Shown here in pieces: positions 25,463 through 39,326 of a DNA stretch of 64,000 nucleotides. Every line of letters starts with the position of its first letter. The first letter of the stretch is position 1. The stretch is from Hemiscyllium ocellatum (taxonomy: Eukaryota), in NCBI RefSeq assembly GCF_020745735.1, contig NC_083432.1, forward strand, positions 32,326,533-32,390,532, read 5' to 3'. The position numbers and the translations under genes were made by a program. Below the pieces are notes generated by a model that worked only from the letters and a program-made list of their open reading frames with translations, had not been told where the DNA came from and did not search any database.

Positions 25463-27800
25463 AAGTTTTGAGAAGATTTGTAGCTCAGGTTGAGATTTTG
25501 GATGTAGGTTTGCTCGCTGAGCTTGAAGGTTCATTTCCAGACATTTTGTCACCCTACTAGGTAACATCTTCAGTGGGCCTCAGGTGAAGCACTGCTGAAA
25601 ATTCCTGCTTTCTATTCATATGTTTGGGTTTCTTTGGGCTGGTGATGTCATTTCCTATGGTGATGCTATTTCCTGTGGTGGTCACTTCCTGTTCCTTTTC
25701 TCGGGGGGGGGGGTAGATGGCATCTAACTCGATGTGTTTGTTGATAGAGTTCCGGTTGGAATGCCTTGCTTCTACAAATTCTCATGCGTGTCTTTGTTTG
25801 GCTTGTCCTAGGATGGATGTGTTGTCCCAGTCGAAGTAGTGTCCTTCCTCATTCGTATGTAAGGATACTAGTGGGAGAGGGTTGTTTCTTTTTGTGGCTA
25901 ATTGGTGTTCATGTATCCTAGTGGCTAGTTTTCTGCCTGATTGTCTAATGTAGTGTTTGTTACAGTCCTCGCATGGTATTTTGTAAATGACGTTAGTTGC
26001 TTGTCTGTATAAGGTCTTTCAAGTTAATCAGCTGTTGTTTTAGTGTGTTGGTGGGTTTGTGGGCTACCATGATGCCAAGGGGTCTGAGTAGTCTAGCAAT
26101 CATTTCTGAGATGTCTTTGATGTGGGGGAGAGTGGCTAGCGTTTATTGATGTGTTTTTTTTTAAGCTCGTTTAGGTTTGTTCCTGAGAAATTGGCAGACT
26201 GTGTGCATTGTGGACCCATGTTTTTAAATACACGGTATAGATGACTTTCCTCTGCTCTGCATAGTTTCTCTGTGTTAGTGTATGTTGGCTTGTTGAAATG
26301 TTCTGATGCAGCTTTGTTTGTGGATGTTGGGGTGATTGCTTCTGTAGTTCAATATTTAGTCCTTGTGTTGTTTTCCTGAAGACTTTGGTTTGAAGTTCTC
26401 CATTGGCTGTTCGTTCTACTGTGACATCTAGGAATGGCAGTTTGTTGTTGTTTTCCTCCTCTTTTAGTGAATTTTATGCCAGTAAGGGTATTATTGATGG
26501 TATTGAAAGTTTTCTGTAATTTGTTTCATTTAGTGATGACAAAAGTGTCATCCACGTAGCAGACCCAAAGTTTGGGTTGGATGGTTGGCAGAGCTGTTTG
26601 TTCAAGTCTCTGCATTACTGCCTCTGCTAAGAACCCTGATATTGGAGATCCCATGGGTTTTCCATTGGATTGTCTATAGGTTTTGTTGTTTAAGGGGAAG
26701 TGTGTGGTAAGGCATAGGTCCACTAGCTTGATACTATCCTTGTTGATGAAGTTAGTGGTGTTTGGTGTATTGTCTTTGGGTCTTCTAATAATGTAGTCAG
26801 TGTTTCCTTGGCCAGGTTAATGTTGATTGATGTAAACAGGGCTGTTACATCAAAGGAAACCACTATTTCATCCTCTTCTATCTTAGTAGAAGACTCACAC
26901 CACTCCACCCAAGAATTCCTGAAGACCAAAGACACTAAGTGTTTAGTCTATGGTGTAGCTCCTTGGCTGATCTGTTGGTGTTCCAGATAGTGAGATTGAG
27001 TCTGAAGGGGGGGGGGGCCTCCAGGTTTGTGAATTTTGGGTGATCTGTAGAAGTGTGGTGTGTTGGATTAGTCTGGTTTCATTTTTTTGGAAGTTGGCCT
27101 TATTTATTTCTCCAGATTTCTGAAGTTTTTTGAGTAGAGCTGTGATTCTGTTCTCTAGTTGTGGGGTCTGGTCCATCGCCACTTGTTGGTAAGTGTTGGT
27201 ATCTGTAAGTAGTGTGTTCGCATTTTCAATGTAGTCTCTTCGATTTAGAATGACTGTCAAGCACCCTAATGAACTTGAAATACCTTTTACAGACAACAAG
27301 CAAAACTAATGTCATTTACCAAATACCTTGAAAGGACCGTAACAAACACTACATTAGGACAAACAGGCAGAAAACTAGCCACCAGGATTCATGAACACCA
27401 ACTAGCACAAAGACATGACCCTCTCTAGTATCCTTACATACTGATGAGGAAGGACACCACTTCAATTGGGACAACACAACACATCCATCCTAGGACAAGC
27501 CAAACAAGGACACTGGCGAGAATTTCTAGAAGTATGGCATTCCAACCAGAACACTCCATAAACACATAGAGTTAGACCCCATTTACCACCCCCTGAGAAA
27601 AGGAACAGGAAGTGACTTCACCACAGGAAATAGCATCACCATAGGAAATGACATCACCAGCCCAAAGAAATCCAAACATATAAATTGAAAGCTGGAATTT
27701 TCAGCAATGTTTCACCTGAGGCCCACTGAAGATGTTACCTAATAGGATGACGAAATGTCTGGAAATGAACCTTCAAGCTCAGGGAGCAAACCTACATCCA
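25463..27800 (-). mobile_element. Penelope-like element (RT + GIY-YIG) with an inverted partial copy at ~27280-27800
   Basis: Minus-strand RT motifs SFDVTALF, PMGSPISGFLA, YVDDTF; GIY-YIG remnant NVIYKIPCEDCNKHYI.QSGRKLATRIHEH; 27280-27800 is the reverse complement of ~25499-26020; TSD-like tgaataa on both sides. Confidence 0.93.
27723..27762 (+). ncRNA. Minimal type I hammerhead ribozyme motif in Penelope pLTR (decayed; second copy at 25537-25577 minus)
   Basis: CCA-CTGAAGA-T-GTTACC...GGATGAC-GAAA-T-GTC-TGG; the minus copy has the intact stem GTTACC/GGTGAC but GAAA>AAAA. Confidence 0.7.
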
Positions 27801-28175
27801 TGAATAATTATGCTGAGATTACATGCATTGATTGCTCTTCTCTCAAAACCGTAGAATGAAATGTTTACAATGGGACAAGAGACTTAAATATTTGGTTGCA
27901 AATGGCTTTTATTTGGTAAATTGCTAATTCTAAGGAATCCAGTGAAGAGCTACACAGAACAAAATGGCTGGGATTATGATAAAATGGAAATATCAAGTGT
28001 TCAGTGTGTTTCAAAGCTGGCTATGCAAAAAGGTGAAAGGCACCAATTTACATCTTTTCCCTTACCCTCTCCCTGTCACTCTAACTGTTCCTATTCTCAC
28101 GGCAAAACTTTAGGTAATGCAAGAGAACAGAATTCCTGTTCAATTCTATCAAATATATGATCTTATTACAGGTGA

Positions 28176-28342
28176 AATATTGTAGATGCTGGAAATCTGA
28201 AACACTATGCTGGAGAATCTCAGGCGGTCTGGTAGCATCTATGGAGTTAGAAATCATTTTAATGTCTCAAGTCTGGTCTGAATCATCTTCAAAACTGTTC
28301 TGAAGCAATGTGATGCCAATCTCAAAACATTAACTCTTTCTG
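28176..28342. mobile_element. Old fold-back element related to family A
   Basis: gatgctggaaatctga...gcatct head; inversion centre cttcaaaac-t-gttctgaag at 28287-28305. Confidence 0.55.
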
Positions 28343-28745
28343 TGTATTTATGGCCTATAAAAGGCCAGTTTATGATTTCATTGTTAAATGTGAGCGGTAA
28401 AAATCTTCCTTCAAGATTGTATTGCTGGCACATCAGGTTTTGTAAGGTTCATGCATATATATTAGGGAATCTGAACAAACATTCAGTGGAATGTGAAGTC
28501 TTCTTGGGGGATCCTTTTCTTTTGGTATATTAACAAATGATTAGCACAGAGCTGCTTGGAGATTTGATAGAATAAGTTGCACAATTGTCAGAAGACTTCA
28601 TTTTAAAAGAAAGGGTCATTTGAATGGTCCCTGATTTCCCACTTGTAAGATGAATGAATTCAGAGATTAGAAACTCAGTACTGGCTGTGAAAAGTGTTGG
28701 TAATTGACAACATGGTTCTTCCCTCTTTTACAGATACTTCCAATA

Positions 28746-29519
28746 TGTCAGACCTACCTAACTTAAGGTAGGGAATGTTTTGTTTTTATAAGTTGTAGGT
28801 TTAAATGCTAAGTGACAAACCAAAATGTGGGACTTTTTTTTCCCAAGAGAGGAAAATGCAAATATTCACTTTTGCTTCCACTTTTAAATGCTTTTGAAAA
28901 CCTGCAAAGCCATACTCCAAACCGAGGTTGTTGTCGAGATTGGGCCTGAGAAGTAGAAGACTCTGTTCCAGTTTGAGGAGCTACACCTGAGAAGCACCTG
29001 ATGCTAATTGATCCAAATTGCACCAGCAAGAATGCAGAGCTGGAGAGAATGGGATGACAGCAAGGACGGGGCTAGCAAGCAAGAACTTGCACGAGAATTT
29101 TTAACTTAATGGTGGAAGAGTGAAAGAAGAAAACTTTGGCACGTGTGAATGTGCTAACGAGCAATTGCTGGGCGAGTGGTAACCTTTGGAAACAAGATAT
29201 CTTCATGAAGGGCTTTTAATTACTGTTCCATTGAAAAACATATCTTAATAGACTTGTTTACTGTGTTGCCAAGGAACATGGATACTGGACGCCGGAAAGT
29301 AATTGGAGAGAGGACTGTAACAGAGGTGGGATTTTCCAGAGGAGGAGTTTTCTTGTGGGCATGAGTATTGAGAGGTTTCAATGGGGAGCGGTAAGGTTGA
29401 AATTGTAAATCCTCGGATTAGAGATTGGAAGAATGCAGTGGAGGTGCCTGACCCACCTGTGCAGACTGTGCTTAATCGAGGTGCCATGGGGTGGGGACAT
29501 ATATACCAGAGGTATGACA
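28746..29519. mobile_element. Possible solo LTR
   Basis: TGTCA...TGACA inverted termini, ~770 bp; no TSD found. Confidence 0.3.
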
Positions 29520-32500
29520 AAGGCAGTGATAAATTTGCATTTTAAATGAAATATTAACTGTATAATTAATTTGTATATCTCTTGTTTAATAACATACAGT
29601 GTTAGCAATTGCCAGTTGTTAGAGGTTCCATTGTTTTTTAAAGACACACAGTAATCTCCATATTTTGCTAGGCTGTTTGCAATATGGCCCGTCCCTTTAA
29701 AATGACGAGGCCTAATTCTTCTGACTTCCTGAAGTCAGAGGCTAATTTCCTTGCAGGCAACTTAGTTACTGAGGAAGTTGCTCTCGGTTAGAAATGATTG
29801 GCTTGCTTTTTCTATTTTTAACATGCTACTTCATGATACAATTTTTCTCCCTGTGAGTGCACACTGGCTGAAAGCTCATTGCTACTGGTTTAGAAGTCAA
29901 TCTATAAAAACTGTTTAGAACTGGGGAACAAGTAACTTTTCTTTGTAGGAAAGTAAATTTGCAGCTGAGAACATAGTGATGGACTGCTTGTCACAGGAAG
30001 AAAAAATAATGAGTGTTTTTGGGGACTACAAAACCAGCAGTTGGATGTAAAGGAATTTGGATATCTCTGTGAACCTGAAGGAATATTATTTCACAGGCTG
30101 GAGTTTTATGTGTGGGTGAAACTCATCAGGGTGGTTTATTTCAGAACAAAAGTGCATGGATTCTGTGTTATTACTGATATGTTTGTTAGGACACAGGAAA
30201 TATCTCTTTGCAGTAAGAGTGCTAAACCACTAGATACAATAATGGGGAACTCTGGAAGGTGAGATTGGAATGATTTGAACAATATTCTAATGCATATCTA
30301 AACCAAATGAACTTTTCTCTAAGTTCTTTTTCGCTCTCCCTTTTCACAGCCTAGTCAATTATTCATACCATTTTTAAACGTTGTCTTTTTATCCGTAGTC
30401 ACACTGGTGCTTGAGGAAAAACCAATCAGAATGTGTATTTGTACATTGTACTTTTCATGCAGATCTACGTGCAGCCTCATGTATCTCCCAGAATACAAAC
30501 CTCAATGAAACAACTGGATACAGTCTAATCAGTGTTTGATGCATGTCAACATGTGAATCAGAAACCAGACAGAGTAGCATACCAAGAAGATGGGAACAAT
30601 TATCCCAACCTGCTTTCTAAATCTTGATCTATTGCTACCTCTTTAATATATTACTCGCACTCCCATTTTGTTCTGTTATTTTATGTTTTACACCTCCCAT
30701 CTTACATGCTGCCCTTCCAACGGCCAAATGCAATATAAAGACTCAAATGATTCCTCCTAACAGACAAGAACATGATTGGAAATCCTTGACTGTTAACATT
30801 TGTCATTTTTATAGTGGTTTAATGGTTGCAGTGCAACGTGGAATGTTAAACACATGCTGGCATCTTTCAGAATGCACATAAGTTTAACATTTGTAATTTC
30901 TGGCCGTGAAATTTTGGCACACTTCATTTAATCCATAATGTATCCCTAGGTTACAGTAAATGGCTCCTTAGGAATTTACTTCAGTTGATGGAAATCCAGT
31001 ATTTGGCTTTCCATTAAAACAATCATGAGAAAAATGAGTTATTGTACTTAATCCATTTCCAATTTCACAAGAAATCAAATCTGACTTGACAACCCCAATC
31101 CCATTGGTGCATTGAAGATGCTTCCTCATACAGTCTTGTTGGGTGAAGTTTGACTGATCGAGAAGACTTAGATCTTTTGTATTGTGAAACTGCAAGGATT
31201 CAAATTTAAACTAATCCACTTTAATCATTTTTGGTGCTGTTCACTTTCACCATATTGATTTCACTACATTCTTGATCAGTGCTCCTGCTTAGAACTCGCA
31301 TAAATATAATGGATTTCCACTGTTCACAAGCTGTTAATGTTTAAGTCATTATCCACATAGCTTTCAAAATTAACAATACTTTCTACGAACTCTGGGAGCA
31401 GTATTCATCTTTAGAAATATAATATTCTTAACGATGGAAATGTATTCAAAGGCTTGCAAACAAAACTGATCTCAGTTCCTATTTTTGTTAGACTAGGATC
31501 TGCGTCCAACCCGAATGGAATGACTGATGAGTGAGTTACCTTTCTGGGGATGTCCACTCAACACTGTATTGCTTTTTGAGTCTTCAAAATATTTAACCAC
31601 TAATGACCAGATTAATTATTTCAAAATAAGATGCCGGTCAGAAGGTGGAATATTAGCTGAGATTTTGTCAATGTCCCTGATATTGAAACTGGAATGGTGG
31701 CACTTTGACTTTCTTTTTGCTTTTTCTTATGTGATCAGAATTAAAACTTGAAGTGTCAGCAATATGAATAAAAATCATAATTGTTTATCAGCCGAGAAGC
31801 TTTTTAATGTGAAAGGTAACGTCAACTGACAATGCTACATCTACAAGAAACCGCATCTGGGCTTTAATGTAAGATTTGAGAGCGCAACGGTGCCAGTAGT
31901 GTTTTCCAAACTTAAATTTAACTTTTACATAATTCATTTTAGATTGGTTTAGCTTTATTCATGTGTATATCATCATTATTTCTCAAATAGAAAGCTAAAA
32001 GCACTGGCAAGCATCATAGTTACCATGAAATGTCACATGGCATTCCCTTTACTGTGCAGGAAATAGTATTGTGTGTTTGTGTTCACTCTTCATTGAATAT
32101 GTATATTATTTTTCAGTATTAAACTTACCACTACAGGACATTGCTGAACTTGATCAACAGGCTTTCCCTTCAATGCATTTTAAAAGGCATTGTCTGAAAT
32201 CACACTGTGGTGTAACTGAAATGTTACAGATTATCTCAAAACCCTGTAAGGATTCTGCCAGTGAACACAATTGGACAGGTACTGACAATGCGTTTTAGGC
32301 CCCTTATTTTCTTGCCTTGACTGACTGTTTTCCCCCCATCACACCAGGACACTAGGTTCTTCTTACTTCACTCCTCTGCACGTGCAAACCCCTCATCATT
32401 GAAATACCCTAACCAGTCCTGAGTGTATTGTCCTGACACCTTTCTTGTGTCGTAGAGTTAGAGAAGAAAAAACACTAAAGAAAGAAATGCGCAGACACAA

Positions 32501-34309
32501 TAACTACCTGTCTGATGAGTTCCATCCATTGCAGAGATCACAGTTATGTCGCCCAGTCACTCAATATGAATTTCAGAAGGTTATGCCTCCATTGTCCTTA
32601 ATTTTTTGTTACAAGTTTCCTAGTGAACTGCAAAATTGAAGTGTGAGGAAGCCTTGCAATTAATTTATGGAAAATTGCAGCACAATATTTAATGGCATTT
32701 TCTTCCCCTAGAATGAAACCTGCAGTGATCACTTTATAACATTCAAGATTGCTAAATCAGCCTTAACAATTGGTGTAAACTGGATTTCGGTGTAAACTGG
32801 ATTCCAGTGCCTACTGTACAGTTCCAGAGGTAGAATAGAAATGGTTGGAGCTACCTGAGCTTTTCAATTCCTGACTGATGAAATTTGTGCATTTTTCCTA
32901 TGAAAATTGTTGTACAGTATAAAAGATTACCCTCCTTGAGCAACGTGCCTATGTCTCAACTTAACAGTTTAATGCTTATCTTATAATCCATTTTGTCCCT
33001 CAGCCATGACAAGTTCATAACTATCTGAGATTCAGAGGAAGAGAGAAATAAATAACATGAGTGGATGTATGTGCCCCTTACCACAATGGCCTTGATCAGG
33101 GAATAACAGTCCATTCTCATTTAAAAGTTGTTATCAAAATCCTGATAATGATCAATACAGAAGAACGTTTGCATGCTAGCCAGAGTAACATCAAGACCCA
33201 ACCCTCCTTATGTGATTAGGCAACAATTGATTTATAGAAGATAAAGCTTTTTTTTGTTATTGTCTTTAAATGTGTGTGTGTAGAGTACTGGGCAGATATT
33301 CACTCCTGTCATAGACGGAGATGTGTATATTTGTTCCACACCATTTATTGGTGTTTCTATATGAAACTTAATAAAATACTGACATCTGAACTTGTGTGGC
33401 CACTAAGGTCTGGAGAATAACTTCTATCTAATTGATAAAAGTAACAGTGTGCTCTGATATTTTCAGTCTAAGAATGGTAAGACGGTAATTTATTGAAACG
33501 CTCCACTTTGCACTTATAAGTAGGAGACAGATTACTGATTGCACTGAATGTCCTGTTTCTGTCCTTTGTATGCTGTGCTTTTCCTTTTGAAACATGTTTT
33601 ACTATACCTAACCTAGCTATAACTTTTCATTATTCTAAGTCATCTTCTTTTTATTGCGTTATCTGAAATCTTGGAATGTTGTTGCTAGCCCCATTCAGTT
33701 AAAAGCCTCAAATCATTTTCTCTTTCCTCCCCCTGCCCACCTTCCCGTAGATTACAGATATTTCTTCAACTGTCTGCTGAGCAGAGATTTTGATTCGTTC
33801 CATAGACATGCAGATTATCAGGCTGTAGGAGAGCCCCTCTCTATTCAATGGAATTTCAAGTTGTCCTTGATGCTGAATATTAGCCAGGCAATTCTTGGTG
33901 AAAGGGAAGGGGAAACCCATCTGATGGGTTACATGTGTTACGACCAGATGAGAAGGGGTCCACCACCTGTTTTCAACCTCGCTGGTTGCCCACAACAAAG
34001 ATTTAATTATCCTTTTAACATATGGCTATACCTCTGTTAACTACATTTTTGTAAACTAAACTACCAAAAAATGATGAAGGATCCAATTAAAAGGTTTCCT
34101 TGAGTGAAAGGAAAAGGACGTTTATTGATTAATAATCCCAAGTAGAAAAATAAAGACTTTAACCCCCTTCCTAATTGGGTACTTCTTTTTAGAACAAGTT
34201 GATATTAATGTCAAATACAAACGGGAAGATCAAAGAATATGCAGTGTTAAAGATGCCCCTGGAGTACCATCCAACAACCTGCTCTTCATGAGACCATGGT
34301 TGGTTTTTT

Positions 34310-34615
34310 TTAGATTAGATTACTTACAGGGTGGAAGCAAGCCCTTCGGCCCAACAAGTCCACACCGACCCGCCGAAGCGCAACTCACCCATACCCCTAC
34401 ATTTACGCCTTGCCTAACACTACGGGCAATTTAGCATAGCCAATTCACCTGACCCGCACATCTTTATGACGGTGGGAGGAAACTGGAGCACCCGGAGGAA
34501 ACCCACACAGACACGGGGAGAACGTGCTAACTCCACACAGTCAGTCGCCTGAGTCGGGAATTGAACCCGGGTCTCAGGCGCTGTGAGGCAGCAGTGCTAA
34601 CCACTGTGCCACCTG
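34310..34615 (-). mobile_element. tRNA-derived SINE (HE1/V-SINE-like), young subfamily
   Basis: Near-identical to 40943 and 45930; (aatct)n tail. Confidence 0.93.
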
Positions 34616-35151
34616 TGGTGTCCAGGATCAGCAGCAGCTGTGAATATTGCAGATACCTTTTAAATTCATGGTGTTGGAACTTTCTTGAAATTAGTGTTGT
34701 CCTTTCTGAGCAAGAGCAGAGTGAGCACCACCACCCCTCCCCCCACCCCCAACCCCCCCTTACCCTGCTGCATTCAATTCCAGGTATAAGTCATCTTGTC
34801 TGCTCTGCCAAAATGGTTGAAATGTAGCTCGTTTCTGGGATTTGTTTGTAGGCAAGTCTTTTATCTTAAATTTGTAAAACTTATCATGCAGAAATAAATT
34901 AAAAATAGAAGTCGCCAGTTTGCTGATAATTGTTAACCAGTTCAACTGGTTTTATTTTACATTGATTCCCTGAGTTTTTGGTCAGATGACCACTGTGGGC
35001 ATTCTTAAGTTGGCTTCTTTACTTTTTCTAAAACAAACACCACCATTCATCAAAAGAACAAGTATTAAAATTTGGTAATTGAAGCCAAAACTTAATGGTT
35101 CATATTTCATCAGTATCATGTCACTAGATGATTCTGCCACATTTTGGTACA

Positions 35152-35276
35152 GGTGACAGTGAGGTCTCCAGATGCTGGAGATCAGAGTTGAGAGAATGTT
35201 TCTGGAAAAGCACAGTAGGTCAGGCAGCACCAGAGAAGCAGGAAAATTGGTGTTTCGGGCCAGAGCCTTTCATCAG
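35152..35276 (-). mobile_element. Family A HHR element, decayed
   Basis: Minus strand CTGATGA-AAGGCTCTGGCCC-GAAAC plus the family A tail. Confidence 0.75.
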
Positions 35277-38200
35277 CTTGGCTTCCAGCCAGGGATTGGG
35301 ATGCAAGAGGAAAAGACTAAATTTGCCACCAGATATGATGTTGCGCTTCTACCCACCTGACTAATTGGTTTTATTATGCTGAACAGGATACAGAATTAGC
35401 AAATTAAGAAAACATTAATTGCTTACCTCTGTGAATTATTACAGGTATGTAGCTCTTCCTTTAGCCTTTTCCCTGTCTGGTTGATACTAAAAAGCTGCAA
35501 AAAGGATCTTTCAGAGTTTCTGTCTTACTGAAGCTTTAGACCAATCTACATCCAACAACCTGCTCTGAAAACTTTGTTCACATCATAAAACAACCTACAA
35601 TAGTCTTTAAGAAATAGTCAGTTCACCCCATCTCCCTATTTTAAAGAATCTCTTAAAAGAAGTCTTTGATCCAATCCACAGCTTCAGCAAAAATTATATT
35701 AGTCCTTCTTTGGGCTGTACCTTTTTTAACCACGTTTTACTGAAATCCATCCTTTTGTTTGAGTGATATTGCTTGAAGATAACAGTGTTGAAAAGATTGC
35801 TGTGAATGTGGGGAGATGCTAAGGTAATAATTAATGGAGGGTGCAAGAAATCTTTTTGTATCTCAAGAATGAATTTAATTTCTATAAAGCACCTTTCATG
35901 ACCTCAGGGCCTCTCTAAGCACTTTTTGGTCAATTAAATACTTAAGTGTAGTCATTCAAGTTTCTATTATTAGAGCATTAGTTTTGCTTCTTTGCCTCTA
36001 TCAGTTTGTGAAATATGCAGTTTAAAAATGCAAATAAAGCAAGAACTTGTATGGTGGTATAGAAAGTAGGTAAACAAATATGTATCTGACAGATTGGGAA
36101 ATAGGTCGCCAGTGAAATCCTCCAAGTAGTGATTTCTCCAACTTGGCTGCACAATAATGCCACAATAAAGAGGAAAGATAAGGACTTTTCTTCATAGAAG
36201 GAAAATTAGTTTGGAAGGTGAATTAACAGCAGTGTGTTCTTCTGAGCCTTATTTGGAGTGTTTCAACAGCTACAGGGGAAAGACTGCCAGTTTAGACATG
36301 CTTAAATCATACGTCTTGAGTATCTACCAAAGATGTAAGATTTTTAAACATGGGTCTCTGAAAGGAGGCACATAAAACAAATAGGTGTCTAAAATCAAAA
36401 GGGTAAGTGTATGTCATGTTATTTATTGGCACCTCTGGTTATCGATAGCTTTTTTTGCTTCCTGATTGCTGTAAGGTACTTGCCCATGCCCCATGAATTC
36501 TAATTCAATGTTTATTGTATGTAATTCATTGTCTGCCTGTGGGTCAATTTTGCTGATTCTCAGTTGGTTTAATAAACGGCACGTTGAGCTCTGCAACACA
36601 ATAGATAAGTGGGAATGAGAGAAAACTCAAGGATACACAAGATTATAGCTTGTTACATGCTCCTATTTTCAAATTAACGGTTTTGTAGATTTTCGATATG
36701 GTACATTATTTCATTGTCCCATGCTGTGTGCTGTAATTGAAGGCATTTAACAGCACTTGTCACTGTAATGCGGATGCACAGCTTCTTATGGCAATACACC
36801 TTGCAAACATGGTTCAGTCAGGAATAATCTCCACGGACGTTAAGATTGAGTTCCTGATCCCAATAATGACTCTTTTTGGAAAGTAGTCTGGATATCTGCT
36901 GTGGATCGGATCACACAGTGCTGTGAACACTTCGAACATAAATAGCAATGCTTACGTTCAGGAGTGCAGTTGAATTGTCACTTGAAAAGCTGTTTGAATA
37001 TATGGGTCTTATGTGAAGAAGTACCATCAGGAATTAAATGAGATTTTCAACGAATAAAATGCACTAAATTATATAATGAGCCTCATTCTAAATTTTGTGA
37101 TTGAAGATTTCAGTAGTTCACTCTCATCTGAATGAGCATGTTCTCTCTGAATGAATATTCTCTTTCCTCAAACTAAAAGGTTTATAACTGTGGTGTCACT
37201 GTAATTCATCTTTTCATCAACTGAAAGCATACCAATAGGTCCATGACATCAATGCGTTTTTCTATGAACCAGAAAAAAATTGGAATGGTTGGAAATCAAA
37301 ATTCATTTTCAGTTGAAATTTATTTTCCTGCCATTTAAAGTGACCTGTTGACCAAGGTCTGTCAGAGAGAATTGTCTAAATCCTAATCATTTTAGTGCCT
37401 GTGTCTGGTGAGAAAAGCACAGTTTTCAGTTGGTATACAGCGTGAGGTGAACAAAATGCATTTTTCAAAAATATACAATTTAATAAATTGACAAACTGTT
37501 GAATTGCCAAAAATAAAAATCATTTTTTTTCTTCCATACTGTTCCTTTTTTCCAATGGAAGGTTTAATTTTTTTTATATGTTTACTTCCTACTCCCATAG
37601 CAATAAGCAGCTTCTCCACAGGACTTTGATGGTGTAATTTTTATAGTCAATCAAAGGAGAGTACAAACATACTTCAAATTGAAGCATCTTCTGTCTTTCA
37701 TGTGTTCAATTCCTCGCCTTTGAAATTTTGAGTTGAGAACTCACTGGTAGTTCACCAACACCACCATCACACATGTTTTTCCCCTCACCCACCACCACCT
37801 GCCGTATAGCTGCTGATGATATACAGAGAACGGAATTACTGTTTTCCTCACCTGCACTGTAATTATATTTAGTTATTTGAAATCACTTTTCCTATATTTG
37901 ATCATCGTAAATGAAAGACATTTACATGAATGTATGACACGAGACCAATCTTGACAGAATTGTTAATGTTAGAATGACATTAATACTTCGGGCGATCATG
38001 ATAATAGAGGGAACTGGGTTTTGACGTTGCCGCTATAATGCTGCAAGGAGCAGATGGAAAGTCAGATGTGTTAGCAAAACTCTGGGAAATATTTCATAAA
38101 AAAGGAAATGTCCTTGTCACTGTTAACTTGCACCATTATTGTGGATTATTGCTACATTGCTATTTCACTTAAGTGAAGTTTTGATCTTTGAAGGAAACTG

Positions 38201-39326
38201 AAAGCACTTCCGTGCATTCACTTCCTACCTTCTAATTTGTCACTGCAAGCAGCTACCCCATATATTTTATGTTTTTCAATTTTGGTTGGACGTCTTTCTT
38301 TAGCTCCCACCTCCAAAAGCTCTTACAACGAATAAACAAGTGTTCACAGAAAATGGAAGTAATAACACCTCTTTTAATATAACTGTGACCTTTCTCATTG
38401 GGAATTAACCTTTAACTGTAGCCTCAAGGGCAATGCTGGAATATTGTCAACTCTAATTCAGCATCCAAAGAACATATGCCTTCTTTATATAAAAGATGGT
38501 GAGGGAAAAACTCAAAGCACTTTATGACAAATATAATCATTTGTCATGTTTCCCAGCAAATTAGAACAGCATAATGACTTCTGCGAAGAATTAGTTAAAC
38601 CTTTATGGTCATAGTGGACAAGATAACTTTTAGCTCTTGTGGAGATAACATTTTTATTAATGGATTCTATGCAAATAAATCATTGACTGTGACTCCTTCA
38701 GCTACTGGTGTGGGATGTCATGGATACCAGTTATTGCTACTTTTCTGAATGGCTGGAAAGATTGTATTGGCCCTACAATATAGTCTCAAAATAAAAGTTT
38801 AAACTGGAAGAAAATGAAGTGCTGATTATGCAGCATTTGATAAAGCAAATGCACAATAGACTGCTGGAAGAGGCATATCGAATATTGGAGATGAGAACAG
38901 GATTGCTTAATGGATGTTGAAGATTCAGTGCCTGAATGCCATAATTTTCCAAATACATGATTCGCACAAATATAATACAAATTCTTATTTTCATAACGTC
39001 AAATGTGACTTGAATGTTTATAATATGTATTTAGACTTTTCACAACACTGCAATTAAATTGACTCTTTATCAACAAAAGTAGAAAGCGAACCTGACCAAT
39101 GACCTGTTTCCACCGAATTTTGTTGTGCAGCTGACTTCCACCCTGGTAAAATGTACAAAGCTCAAGTAGTCTGCCAATGGTGTTTACTACTTTGCACATG
39201 ACATGCTATACTTGATAATCAGATTTCTCAATACAGCATTGAATCATCTGAAAGTTTATTGTGTTTCATTCACAGACGGTATTTACAGTGGCTGGCTTGG
39301 GGCAGTAAGGTATGTGTACAAGGATT

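Noticed and set aside
32773-32804. Short tandem duplication ggtgtaaactggatt x2 (similar case at ~3589-3616)
   Set aside because: Ordinary slippage duplications
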